A stretch of DNA of 63,929 nucleotides. Origin: Stylophora pistillata (Eukaryota). Shown one piece after another: positions 28,192 to 42,400 of this stretch (position 1 is the stretch's first letter; each line of letters starts with the position of its first letter). The stretch covers positions 256,913-320,841 of the forward strand of contig NW_019217906.1 of NCBI RefSeq assembly GCF_002571385.2, in the 5' to 3' direction. A program made the position numbers and the translations under genes. The notes beneath the pieces were generated by a model. It was not told the DNA's origin. It saw only the letters and a program-made list of their open reading frames with translations, and searched no databases.

Positions 28192-30536
28192 GTTGCCAAG
28201 AAACAAAACACGATTACTTGCAATGGTGTATTAATTTCAAAATGTTTGTCAATAATCCTTGAGTTAAAATTTTCATAATTGGTTACGGTTTGTAAAAGTC
28301 TCAACCTGTTAACTCGAGAAAAGTCGGAAGTCCAAATTTGTCTCCGACTGCGAATCCAGTCGACTGCGCCTCTATGCACCGGACCGGAGTAAGGTAAAAA
28401 GGGTGATGCACTGATTTGTTACAAAAAATAACTCTTTTCTCTTTGAATTGAGACATGAGAGCTCCGTATTCTGACTTGGATTTTTGTTGCTCAGTTTAAG
28501 AAAGTAAATAACATTACTTGAAAACTTCGCTTCTGTGATTACCAACTGAAAAGTGGGAATTCGTTATGCGTACAGCCAGGGAACTACGCTACCTGAGTGC
28601 TGTTTTTACCAAGTGGCTCCGTTATCGAAATTGCTTTCGTAGCAGTACTCTACATTTTGGGGATACAAGGGGGCCGGACCATTCTGTCACAAATTAAATA
28701 ATACGGATTCTTTTAGCGGCAAATTTTTTCTTCATCAATACCTGTGTTCAGTCCTTTGACTATATTCCGCCCGGACAGAGCTGAATAATGAAATGCTACG
28801 TCAGCGGGTATGCGGTCAACAACGCGGAGGTTGTTCTGTAAAAGAAAAGCGGCAAGGAAAACGACGCCTCGAAGCAACAGAATAGGAAATCAACCATGCG
28901 AACGACTCAACATCCGTGTTTCCGCGGCAAAACCTGACGCATGCGTATACGTTATTCAGCTCTGTACTCCGCCCGTGTTTAGAAAATCGAAAATGTGAAA
29001 CATTAATGACAGAATGTAATGCAGTTTTATGAGCAATTCGTATTGAATTAGTTTGGGCATATCATCAATTACCAATGCCGAAGTCTGAGTTGTCATATCT
29101 GCCGAAGCCGAGGGCTGAGGAAGATAACAGAGACACAAGGTATGATAATTCGTGATATCATGCGAAAACCGAAATCAGTGATTGTTTTATTATACATTTT
29201 TTTTAAATAATCGGCAAAAGAAGGCATTTCTCTCTGAGCTCGCAAACGTGTGAGAAAGCTACACGGACGAGAGGCTTAGAAACTAAATCTAGGCAGCCTT
29301 TGAACTGGACATGATAATCCAATATCTGCTGCAGATATTGGGTTATCATGCCCATTGTATATTGACTGTATGCTCTCGACCAATCAGAGTTTTCATAGCA
29401 AGTCTAACGTATAGTGAAAGACTCCATCAAAAGCGAGGTGTCGCTGGCGACCTGTTACTTAGTTACGCAAAAGCAAATCGAGATAAACCTTTATTTCAGG
29501 TTTAAAGAAATGGGCATGTCAGCTGAAAACCGGCTCATGTCTACAGATATTAAAATGATGGCCGTTCAGCAGGCGTTTAAGAATTGCAATTTGCAATTGT
29601 TTTTTCCATCTTGAATACTTCACTTCAAGCCTTCTATAAGATTGCATCTGAAATTAAAATTAAAACAATATAAATGACAACTTTTTTACAGATTTAATTA
29701 TTGGTATTTGGTCCTATTTATAGCGATTGTCCAGTAAAATTCACTCTTTCAATTCTTAAAGGAATATAAGCACTTTTTCTTATTACTTGGTCTTTCATTG
29801 ATCTGTCAAAAATGCCAAATCAAGTTTCCCAAACGACGATGTTGGTTTGAATTGTTTCGGTATAAAAGCTATTTTGTCGGTGTAAATTTTTCAAAACGTG
29901 TTTAATTAAGACGGGATATCGGAAAATAGAATACAAAAACGTTTTATAATTTGAATGGATCAAGCAGGTGGAATGTTGGTGTTTCCTTTGCAATTTCATT
30001 TTTGACAGCTATTGCCGTGCATTGTTTAGTTACTTATCTCGTTTTGCAAGAAAAAGTAAATGTAATACCTGGCTGAGACTGGACGACCCTTTAATCATTT
30101 ACTTCCTAGTTCTTGAAAACGATTTCATGGCAAATTGTGGAGGGTCATAAAAATGATACTTTATTGTTATTTTCACAAGATCGCTTGTAGTTGCTAATTA
30201 ATGAAATTAGTATGTAGCAAATAGCATGCGACAGTTGTTTAAATAGTAGAAGATATCGAAATGATAAGCAGTTTATTCACTCTCATTCAACCACTTATTG
30301 TAGTAAAGAGCGCGTCCATGAAGGTTTAAAGATTTCCATGATTTCTGGTCAAGAACTTATCTGACCTAGTTTTACTAACACCCGGTAACTTTTTCTGCAA
30401 CTGAGAACAACAGCGCACTGCAGGCGGTTCAAAGCCTTTTAGCAGAGTAGGTATTACGTAGAACTATGTTAGAGGTTTGCCTGTTAAAGGAACCGATAAG
30501 AAAAAGGAAAAAAAAAAAGGAAACAGTTCGAACAAC

Positions 30537-31487
30537 GGATGTTACTAAAACTAGTAATGGGGAACGGGGAACGGCGAACGGCGAACGGGGGAACGGGTAT
30601 ACAGCGGTAACCCACCTGAGAATTCAAAATGGCGGAGTAAACGATGTTTACAAACACTGATTTTATCGCTAGGTCGCCGCTTGCAGCGAAATTAGACGAC
30701 TCGCTTTTATTTAACTATTGCCCAGGCGAAGCCACGAAGCCTAGCATTCCGAGGCGAGAATTCGAAGTCAACGTTTCTGCAATGGCTGCCACCATTTGTT
30801 CTGACGTCTCTCTTTGTTTTTCCTTCCTGAAATCTGCATCTTTTGGCAGAGTTTGGGTATGTTGGTTGTTTGCATTGCCCAACAGCATTTTTTGCAGATA
30901 AGTAGCAACGAGGTAATATCTTAGATTAACAGAAATGAGCTAGGAAACGTAATAACCAGCCTAGTTATTAAAATTACTACATGCAGATAACTGCTTACCT
31001 TACCGCAAAATAACATCAGGAACATATCTTTTGACCCATAAACTTTCATGTAAACAATAGAGAAATCAAACATTGACAGAACTTTTAATAACATTTAATT
31101 TAACATGTTATCTAACATTTAATTTAACATTTAAACTTCGAAAGGCCCTCAAAAAATCTTTGAAGACATGCTAAAATATATGAAAAAATATGAAATATGA
31201 ATTGTAAGATACTCACCTCTCCGAGGATTTGATTTCTATGCAACCTGCAATGTGTGCCAGACAAAAACTAAATTTAAGAGGCACTCAACATTTCAAAGTA
31301 AAATCGTTCAATAAAACCTACACTTACCGTCCGTGCTTTTTGCTCCGACGATCGCTTTCGAAGAGCACGTGCTCAAAACTAGTTGCCAGATCCTTTTAGT
31401 TCCCTTTACTCCGCCATTTTGAATTCCAAGGCGGGTTACCGCTGTACACCCGTTCCCCGCTCCCCTTTACCAGTTTTAGTAACATCC
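30537..31487. mobile_element. Non-autonomous DNA transposon, Mutator-like, 951 bp
   Basis: TIRs GGATGTTACTAAAAC... (30537-30641 and 31405-31487), flanked by a perfect 9-bp duplication TCGAACAAC (30528-30536 and 31488-31496). Confidence 0.85.
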
Positions 31488-34048
31488 TCGAACAACTAAC
31501 CATAGATCTTTAATAGCAACTATTGTAGATATATTGAAACGAACTAATATACTACTTAAGTCCTCTATTCTTTGCGACCTGAAAAAAACTCTCGTCGACG
31601 TGGAGAGGATGATAAACATAACATTAATTCAGTAAGACAGAAAAAACACCAAAAAGGTAAACATATATCAAGACGGAAGCAGGAAAGCCGCCAATGGAGA
31701 AAATAGTTAATTACAGCTCACCCTCCCTGCTCACCCTGAGCGACTGATTAAAAACAAATTCCTCCTTATATTGCCATTTGATTGTCATGCAGTCAGTTGA
31801 TTAAAAAAAAAGAAAAGAAAAATATGGTAAAAGGTGATACTTTTGGAGTTTACCCCAAAATTTTGAGAGCTCATGCGGTTGTAAGACGCATATAGCATTG
31901 AGACAAAAATATTGGAGCATTTGGAGAGGAGAGGTTTCTTGTTTCTGAAAATTTCAACAAAGCACGAGATGTCGACATGTATCACCAAAGGTTGCCGCTT
32001 TGGCTGTTGAATAATACTTAGCTGGCTGGTAGCTAGCTAGGTCATCGACCGTTTAATCATCCCTCTCGAATTTCAATGATTACAGAGGGAAAATTCCACC
32101 TACTATGTTTTACGAGTTCTGCACCTCTGACCTATGAATTCGAAGACAATTAGAATACCATTCTGAAAGAGGACAATAATAAGACATACTTTCCAGGTAG
32201 AGCAATAATTTATGTATTGTTTAGGAAAATGTATGAGTTTAGTCACCTTCTTTCCTTCGAATGAAAATTATGAAGTCTGGCGGATTTGGTAGCGAAACAG
32301 TTTAGAGCTTCCCTGAGTTCTGAATGAAAAACTTTTCCAGAAATTACCAAAAGTGCACTTACGCTGATAACGCCACGGGCATACCATATTTTGGCCGTGG
32401 TATTCGTCAATGTAACATGAATGAAAATGTAGAATTTATTTGCAAAACAAATATCACAATTTTATTTACAAAGCCACATAAGTATCTTAGGTGTGATACG
32501 TAAACGAATAAGAATTTTCTCGATAAAGAAATCGAAGAAGAGGTTCCCAAATGTTCAACGTCTATTTAGCTTTTCCTTAACATAGAAATTTTTATTTCAA
32601 AAAATCATTCCTCATCCTCAAGTATAGTCAAGGATGGAAATTAAATAATTAATAATTTTATTGAAAAGAAAAATGGTAATGATGCTGATAATAAAAAAAA
32701 AGCCTTTCGTTGATGGGATGTTGCATCAATTTTTTGGTTATTTTCGCGTGTCCAAGTTCTACTATATAATCATTTTAGCAGCTTTCAAATCCTCTTTTGC
32801 AGGCGTTTGGCACAAAAAGGTTTTTTTTTATTGCCCAACAAAAGGATATCCTTTCATTGAACGCTATTGAATTAAAGGCAAGTAGACCATAAAATATTCC
32901 CTATTGACAAGTTTACAATTTGAGCGCGAAAAATGATTCGTAGTAATCGAACCAGTGGTCATAAGTTCCTCTAAACATTTCCCTTGTTTCAGCACACGCC
33001 GAAGATAATTCATCACAAGGTAATTGTATTAGCTGTCAAGTCTCATGTGAAAATTTATGGTTGGTCATTTTGTGCTCAGGCCAGTCCCTTTAGTTAAAGT
33101 TTACTTTGTGTTATAATGTTGATAACGTTTTAAGTTATTGTGAGAATCGAAGTAATATTATTTTTACAGCTCTTTTAAGGACGGTATTTGTAAAACACAA
33201 AATGCTAGTTAAAAGTTCGCTCGCCAGATGTAAGAATTAAGATCTTTTGTCAGAGTCTATTCCAAACCGTGGAGGGCAACCAACACAGAAACAACCAACC
33301 ATAAGAGCTTCTAATTCAATAATGTTATTATTAGAAAACCTTAATTAAAACCTCTTTAGCAACTGCAAACGCACTACAAGATGAGATATACGGAAACAAA
33401 CAAGTAGAAAGAGAAAGGTTTATCGCCCTGTTCTGCCTCAGAGTATTTTGGAGTGCGAGGGAATTTTGGTTGATCAAGTAGCGGGGTAAAACTAGCGTGA
33501 CGGGTAAAATTTGCATGACAGCCCGTGACACGATGTTCGTGAAAGGACTTCATTTTACATGGGTGAAGGCCAAATGTCTGACATATGTTCTGTAAAAATG
33601 TTATACATCTGGAATGCAATTTTCCACCATTTATATACTACTCATTTTTGTTAAGCCTGATATTCTTTCTGACTTCTGGTCGAATGTAAAACTCATCAGT
33701 CCCCAGGAGTCTCCAGTCTTAAACGATAAACGATGTTGAAAAGTCGTTATGTATGATAACGTTTGATGTGATCGATATTTGATGAGAGGAAATTTTTTCC
33801 GTGTTCACATATCCTCGTTTAGACATCTCATCTATCAGACCTATCGACCAATCAGAGCGCGGGCAGTGCCTCAGTTAATTATACCATAGTACTTTGTGGA
33901 CCTCCAACTGCTCACCAGTTGCTGCATTTACAGTGTTTATTTTAGGGTTCATTTCAGTTTTTACCCCGTCACAGTTGTCTGGTCGTTCGTAATAATACAC
34001 CCGTTTTTCTTCTTACGGTATACTTTCCAGACTAATCGGAGCACTTTG

Positions 34049-37000
34049 ATGTTCATCATGCGGTTGCAAATAATCAACTTTTTTCTAGTGGTCGGAGTGT
34101 TGGCATCAGAACGAAGGTAAGCGGTACCACAACGTTAACTTAAATACGGTCTAAGAGCAAGGCATATGGCCTTTAGATCGCCCGCGTTCGAAAAGAGGTT
34201 TGATGAGAAAACAAGGGAAGAATATCTTCGCTGAGACGTTTCCTAAAAATAAATATGATCCAGAGGCCCATTCAGGGAATGACAAGGGAAGGAAGTGACT
34301 AAGAAAAAGATCGGGAAGGAAATGATGCATTCACTGGTTATTGACTGAGCCCTGGGGAAGGTCAAACCGGCGTTTGCAAATGAATACACCGCGCTAGGGT
34401 CGCTCGAATCTTACCCTCCAATATACTTCTTTTGCTTGTGGAGTTCAGATCGGAAGAGAACAGATCCTTTCGGATTATTACCTTGCTTAAACATAAATGA
34501 CATGACATCATGATATTTCTCTCTGCCTCGTGATTACTAGGAAAGTGCTTAGTGGCGCTGAATCAGTGTTGAAGTGAAGTATGAATAAAATCTTTGTGTT
34601 GGTCGAGTTTCCGGCTCTACTGACAATAAATTCCACACGTGTTTTCAATCTTCTTCAGCGCTGTTGAGTACAGATGTTTCCTTTTACAGTTCATTTTACT
34701 GATCTCTATAGTGACCACAGCCTTTTTAAGATGTAAAGTGAATTAATTACACAATCTTGGAATATTAGTTGAAAGACTACCAAAAATCCTTTTTTTTTCC
34801 CTTCATACCAAATAATTCCAAGCTAATCTTTTTTTTTTTTTTCGTTTGTCTGTTGCTTCACCAGCGTCGAGGAAAATCTCGAACGAAAACGACAAGCAAG
34901 GCAAGCTGGAGGTAAAGGCTTCAAATGATTCAGTCAGTACATATTCTCCACACTTCCTATGGAAGTGACAAGGAGAACTTGTTTATCTATCGAAAGTTTC
35001 CTCAGCTGGTGATCATTTTCTTTATTCTCAAGACTCCAATGCTTGTTTCAGGGGTTAAGTGTAAGGAGAAATTAGATGCCGGTCAATCTCAAGGATAAAG
35101 AGTTAATAGCAGCACTAATCTATCAACTTATAGACGTGATTAAACGTAACCTATCCCAAAAAAATTATTTCATTACCCGACGGACAGGCGATTTCAGTCG
35201 GAGCGAGGTAGCTTGATAAAAATCCAATACTTGTAACTAGTAGTTTCAACAATTTTTTCCACAAGAGGCTACCGATGGTTTGATATGTCGGCCGTGTCAG
35301 AAAAGCGGCCGTAAGGCGAAATCCAAGCAGAACAGTGGTGGCAAGGGGGCTTATATGCGTCAATCGGCTTTCACTGAAATTATCTGTGGAAATGCATAGA
35401 AGATTACAGAATTCCTGACTCAGATCTTGGGATTTGCAGCATTCCTCTATGGTGGCACACTTTTTGTTGTGCGAGTAGAAGGCCATGAAAAAGAGCTCGG
35501 CGGGAATCTACCAACCCAATTGTATTAAGCACACGATTTTCACTTGTACTTAAAAAGCGATTAGGTAACGATAAAAAGAATGAACAACGTTCACGCACAA
35601 ATGTTTCTCGAAGATATGAATTTTGACGGACGAAGAGACTAATCTGTTTTATTTTTGGCTGTTAGTTTCGCCCCCCAGCCCCCTTTTGACTCGCAACTTC
35701 TTATGGCGAGTGTAATAATGTGATTGTTATAGTAGTGATCAAAAATGAAAAAAAATAATAAAGCTGATTACTTATGCTTTCTCTCTTACACATTTTCTAT
35801 TTAGGGGGATTGAATTGTCCCATCGGTCTTCCCCAGAAATCTACCGACAAATGCCGAGCTATTCGCGAAAAAGACTTGGAAGTCCAGAGGGGAATCTATC
35901 AACTGGCATTACGCAAACCCTTGCCTATGCCATTAGTGAATATGAACAAATCAACACTAATCCAAGTACTTTTACAAGACGAGTTTGCAAAGGACCAGTT
36001 TAATGGGTATGCTGGTATGCTCAGAAAAAACAGAGACTTTTCAAAAACGTGGAAAAAGAAACATCCTAAGGAGATAACAGAGTTCCAGGATTATGCAAAA
36101 ATCTTCAACGATTTTAGAAGTGAATTGGGAGAAAATGTAAGTAAGAAATGGTTTGTAAAAGAAGCTGCTTACTTGGGATAAGGAAATGATACCCAGATCT
36201 TGTGATCCAAATAAACATTTCGCTATACAATACGTCGTGGTATTAAAAATGATCTTTTTTAAACAATTCACAATAAGCAGTCCTGTTCGATAAATATATA
36301 TTGTTTGATAACACGCAAATAATTGGTCGATCGAGAGTTGGTCGATAGCCCGCTGGTAGTTGGCCATTCGTCAACTGTAAAACGTTAATCAGCCGATAGA
36401 CGATCGACTATTGGCTGATATATTAGGCGGCACATCAATTAAGGCTGCCTGTGGTACAAAAAAAATGGAGAGCATTTACTCCAAGCTTATTCATCAGTGT
36501 TCGTTGAGAAGTACTGAGGCACAATGATTTCATTATACACGGAACCAGGGCGAAGCATATGCAAAACGTGAGAGATAAAGTGTATGTGAGTGTAGTCCTG
36601 AGAAGGACTGTTGTCTGTGGTGGTGACTGACGTTTCGACAAACTGTTCGGAAGTCATCATTTGAGAGGAAATCAAATTCTAAATATTCAAATACCTTAGA
36701 GCTTGCCCTAGTGGGATATAGTCTTAATGTTAATCGTCCCACTTTTTTCATTACAGGGAAGTACTGGACTCTATCGGTTCGTCACTAATGTCGAGCCATT
36801 TCAGGATATTCTGAAGGACTGGAGAAAGGACGATATGTTCACTGAACAGAGGCTAAGTGGCTGTAACCCCATGGTACTTCGTAGGGTGACAGAAGATTCA
36901 TGTAGGTTTAATTTGTCCCCATAAACGTGAAGAGTGCTGTTGAGTTAAGGTAACCTGAAGGTTAGCCTGCTTTGCTGAGTGTTTCGTGAAATTTTTAAGA

Positions 37001-39403
37001 GTCGGACCAACGAAAATCGTGTAGCCCGTCGAGGGATAGCCAGTTTTCTATCTGTTTTAGTGGAGAACCACTCATTTCTTTGAAGAGTACTCGGAATCGT
37101 TATCTCTAGGATTTCTTGATTTTGCCGAGTTGCCATCACAAAATTTGTTTTTCAGAAATAATTTCCCTTAGGATTTTACAGTAGGGTTTTCTTTCGGCAC
37201 TCCGATTTCTTTATACTAAAGCTAGTAGTTTGTGACCGCGTCATTTACTTCCACTGATCCACAATCCGAAGCCCCTGTCGCATGCTTACTGGTTGATAAG
37301 GAGTTAAAAAAAAAGTTGGATTCTCTTGTATTTTTAGCTGATGTGGGTCTCAGATGGTCAGAGTTGGTCCAAACACTCAATCCAAGCTACGAATGGGAAA
37401 ACGCGATACAGGCCGCGATGGAAACAGAGGAAACGCTAGCACAGGTCTGTCTGCTATATTTTGAGCTTGTGTCTTTCAGATCGAGACCAATGTGGATCAA
37501 ATAAAAGGGCATTACACTTCTTAAAACAGTACACAAAAAATTTTTAAGTTAAGAAGTGAGAGAGTATTCATAAAGTCTTCAAGTGCATAGGATTTGATTT
37601 CTGAGCTAATTAAACTGTATTTAAAGATAAAAAAGGTCAAGTACAGAGGGAAAATTAATGAGTAATTTGATCCTGAGGAGAGACTTTATTCGTGATGTTC
37701 CATTATATTTTCTTGTCTTTGTTAGATTTGATTAAAGGTAGATAATCAAAAGGTAGTAAATTTGGCGTATAAAACACATTCATTCTTATGACTTATTTCC
37801 TTTACTCTCAGGCCATAAAGAACGGCGATCTATATGTTCTTCGCTATGAGGTGTTTGATGATATGGTTACCCACCCTGATTATGCTGAGAAACGACCGGG
37901 TCGCACGATGTGGCCTTCGAAGTCACCAATAGCTTTGTTTGCCCTGAACAAGGAAAAACGGCTACGTGCAGCAGCAATTCAGACTGATTACAAGCCAGGT
38001 TGGGGATATTGTTAATAACCCTCTGAATTAAGATATTGTTAATAACTTTTCCTTCTAGTTTTTGAGGTTTTCTTAAAGCAGTCAATAAAAATTGAAATTG
38101 ATAAACGACACAGTACAATTTACATCTAGTTCAGTCCATAAATGACAAACAACGATTTTGAGGGAGGAGAGGGAGGTACACTTCAATGTTCCTTAAGACT
38201 GAAAGGCGCCATCCCCTCTCAATCTTACCCTTGATTCGCACACAAAGGAGCTTGACGGTCACATGATTGGATGGGATGTTAGTTCATCGCGTGGATGATT
38301 TGGTTCTGACAAGCATTCAAACTCGTTCCCAGGGTCTTTTCCCTTTAGGGGTGGAGCTGAGGGTGGGGGCGTGGGGGCGCCCCACCCCCAGCTAAGGAAA
38401 AAGGCCCTGGGAACGAGGTTGACAAGCAAAATGGATTGAATCCGGAAGTAACAGCCGCTTATGTAGTCTGATCGTCTGGGTGTGGATAGCCCTGGGAAGA
38501 ATTGTTGTCGGTGACGTTGCTATTCCACCTGCTGAACAAACTCTTTAAAGGATTAAAACAATTGATATATTTATTTATTCTTCTATTTTAATATTTTTGA
38601 TACCAGATTCGCCCGTTTTCGCCCCTGGTGATGGTGGGTCCTGGATGTTGGCCAGACAGGTTGTCCAGGCAACAGATTATGCGCACAGCCAGATGATAGA
38701 ACACCTACTAAAGGTGTCTTTGTCGTTGTCTTTGTCATTGTTATTGTCATAATCGATATTATTTTAACATTATTATCATTATTGTTATTGTTGTTATTAT
38801 TATCATTTAAACTATTATTATTGTTATATTTATTGTAATTACTATCATAACAATTTTTAATTTAATTTTAATTCTCGCAGGTTCTTGCGAGAACTATTTT
38901 TCTCTCGGAGTTTTCAAAACAATTCCAACCTCTTCATGCTTGAATTTTAATGACCCTTAGATCCATCTCTTGGCTGAACCCTTCTGCGTAGTCATGCATC
39001 GTCACCTTTCCTCTCAGCACCCGCTGAATGAGCTCCTCAAGTATCACTGTAGGGGCCTCTTAGCTACGAACACGTTAGGCTCGCCATCGCTGGTCAACGA
39101 AGGCGGCTACATGGACATTCTGCCTGCCATGGGCCACAAAGGAACCATACTACTCTTGGAGCGGGGCTACAAGACTTTGGGTTGGAAAGACACAGATTTT
39201 CATGGGGACATAAAGGTAGCAAATTAAATGAACCTTGCCTTTTCGGAAAAAGAAAGAGAAAAATCGAACTAATACCCTGTCGATAGGAGGGGTGGTGTCG
39301 TCTTGGCTTGAACATACAAGAACAAATTTCAAGATCTTTTCAGATATTTCTGTAAGCAAAATAAATGAATAAATATATCTTAATAGACGTTTTGTTGTGT
39401 AGC

Positions 39404-39447
<44 letters not shown>

Positions 39448-42400
39448 GTAGGGCGAGTGAAAATACATACAACGCGTAAAAATACCCAGCGATACTACAC
39501 GACAAAATGTCTAATAAGAGATTTATTATCCAACACGCCAAATTGTTATTTTAGTGCGGGCGAATTTCGCGGATATTTCTGGAGCACAAATATCGTGTGA
39601 TATTTGNACCTTGTTGTGAGAGAGACCTGTATCTAGTTAGCATGATAACAAAGTGATTTACATTTGAAAGGCAGCAAGGTTTGTATCATAACAAGGTCAT
39701 CCCTAGCCTCACTCCCGTTCAAAGGCTTGGCAACCAAGCACACAACTGTAAAAATGGACAATTCTTCGCTTGCGCGATGCGAGAAAAGCTGTTAAACCGG
39801 TACTACAATAGACGAGTACAAATACCGCGTGATGTTTGTACTCGTCTATGGCGTTATTTGTACTCGTCTAGGTGTACTTGGATAATAATTAACAATTATT
39901 GGACGGGGTTGAGCAAAATATCGTGCTTTATCCGTGGCGAGCAGATCAAATCTGCGAGACACTGACAAATCACCATATTTTGCGATAACCGAGTTCAATG
40001 ATTGTTTAATTTTATCATTCGATCACCGAGTTTGTTTTCAATTTTTTGGGGGAAGCGGCAAGCGAGTTTGTTTTCAATTTTTTGGGGGAAGCGGCAAGCG
40101 CGCACTGCTGCTTGAAATCAAATAGTTTCCTTCTCAGTTAAATAGTTTATTCTGTCGACTTAAAATTGTACTTACAGTCAACTGTTAATTAACAAAATAT
40201 ATGCCTTCAAATGGCTGAAACTTCCAGGAACAAGTTCACAGTCTTCAAGGATTTGAAATCCGAAAAAAAAGGGAAAATGTATTTACAGATGAATGCCTGA
40301 AATTCGTATATTTCCGCAGATGAGTGAACTTTAGTTGGAATCAATGTAGTATTTTAAATTAAATTTTGTAATTTTTTTTTTTTCATTATAGCAATCTTCA
40401 AGCAATGACAAAAATATATCATTTCTCTCTCCAGAAACGGGGCCTTGATGACGAAGTCAAATTTCCTTATTTTCCGTATCGCGATGACAGCAAATTGTTG
40501 CTTATGGCAATTTCGAGAATGGTGGAGGATTATATTTGGGTGTAAGTTTAAACAGGCAAATAAGATATTAACTTGTCCGTTCTCATTCTCGTTCTCATTC
40601 CCTTTCCCTCTACGAGCAAGAAAATCATATTTCAAAACTATTTCTCGCCAAGCTCTTGCATTTAGTTAAACTGACGTAGATTTATCATCAGAATGTCAAC
40701 TTTACCAAAATAAGCACTCATTCCAACCTTCAAGAACTATGTCAAGAAATTCTACAATGTTATTTTGGTCAATGAATACTGTGGTCAATTCGTGGGAAAT
40801 TATTGCGGGAAATATATTGTCACGGTAAACAGAAAATAGGCGAAAGAAGAACAAATGAAAATAGAACCGTATGGAATTAGAGATGGAAGCAAAAAACAGG
40901 GATAACAAATTGAAAGTTTCAAAAATTTTAACCGGGATTTCTCAAGACGCACAGGCTGTGAAATTCTCTCTAAAAAAGTAACAAAGTTAACCCTATTTTT
41001 GTTTTAAACACATTCAAAGAAAGAAAGGAGGATTGACCTGCCTCCGTGCAGAATCAGGAACTCGGTTAGAGGTAAGGCCAATCTTTCTCAGAGATCAAGC
41101 CGACACTGACGCAGCAACGTAATGGCCACATTGCAGATTCAATGACATGAAAATAGAAAAAAATAAATACTGAAAAAATATTCCATGATATGAATTTTTC
41201 TTTTAGTTATTACGAACGAGACAGGGATGTCCGAGAGGACGAAGAGTTACAAGCCTATGTGAACGAGTTATCTATTGAGGGAACTGGACCAAATGGTGGA
41301 TCTGGCCAGGTAACGTAAAGACAAAGAATGGACCACAACCTGAAGGTTTAAGTTTGCATTCGCTAGAAGAGACTGGTATTGATTATCTAGTCTCTTGATT
41401 TGCTACCAATAAAAGCTCAAACCTGCTAAACCTAAAATGAGCGGCTCGAAACAGCCAAAACTTGCTCATTTTTCCGAAAGATCCGCATGCAAGACTTCCC
41501 AAATAAATTCTTTCGCGTTGGTTCCTGTTTCAAGAGGTAGAAGTTTATCAATCTTTTTCTTTTGTCATTTTGTACGGTAGGTAAAAGATTTCCCGGCCGT
41601 GTTGACGACTAAGAGGGAGCTTATTGACGTAATAACGAGGTTACTGTGGTTGCTAAGCGTGAAGCATTCTACGGTAAATTATCCCGTTAGCGATTATGGA
41701 GCGTTTACACCTGTCTTGCCAACCAAGATATACAATGACACCAGTGTACCACCAGGAGTGTTCTCTGAGTTGAATTTACCCAATCGCAACATATCCCTTG
41801 TAAGTATTTCTAGCCAATGAATCAATCAGTTGATCGATCCATTGTTCTGATCACAAATTAAGGGCGTTATGATTACGGACGGTATGTATTAGGCATGGGT
41901 TCCACCTGTAGGCCAGTTATTAGCAGGGCTATTAGTCTAGGCGGTATCACTTAGAGAGACAGGCTGTCTGACTGCCAATACGTCTAGTAGTCAGAACGCT
42001 AGACAGCCAATCTGACAGATAGTCACGCGTCATGATTAGTCACTCAATCGGTTGGTCGACTAAACGACAAATAAAAACAATTTTCCTCAAATAAGGAATG
42101 CAAAAAGAAAAGAATTAGAGCAGGCATATCCAAAAATTTCAAATCCTCTTCTCCTAATGAAGGCCTTTCTCGAGATTTTGAGCGTTACTTCCTTTTTTTA
42201 CTAACTGAGATAGAAATGAAAGCTACTAATCAGATAGGACATTCTATTTGTTGTTGTTGTTGTTGTTGTTGTTTTACAAAAGTTTGTTATCTCTTTAGAG
42301 CGATTCTGGTTATCTGAAGAGCTTAATTTCAAGTTAAGATGGCCTTACACGCGAGATATTTAATTCTCACAAAACCGAATCCACCATTGATTTCCTCCCA

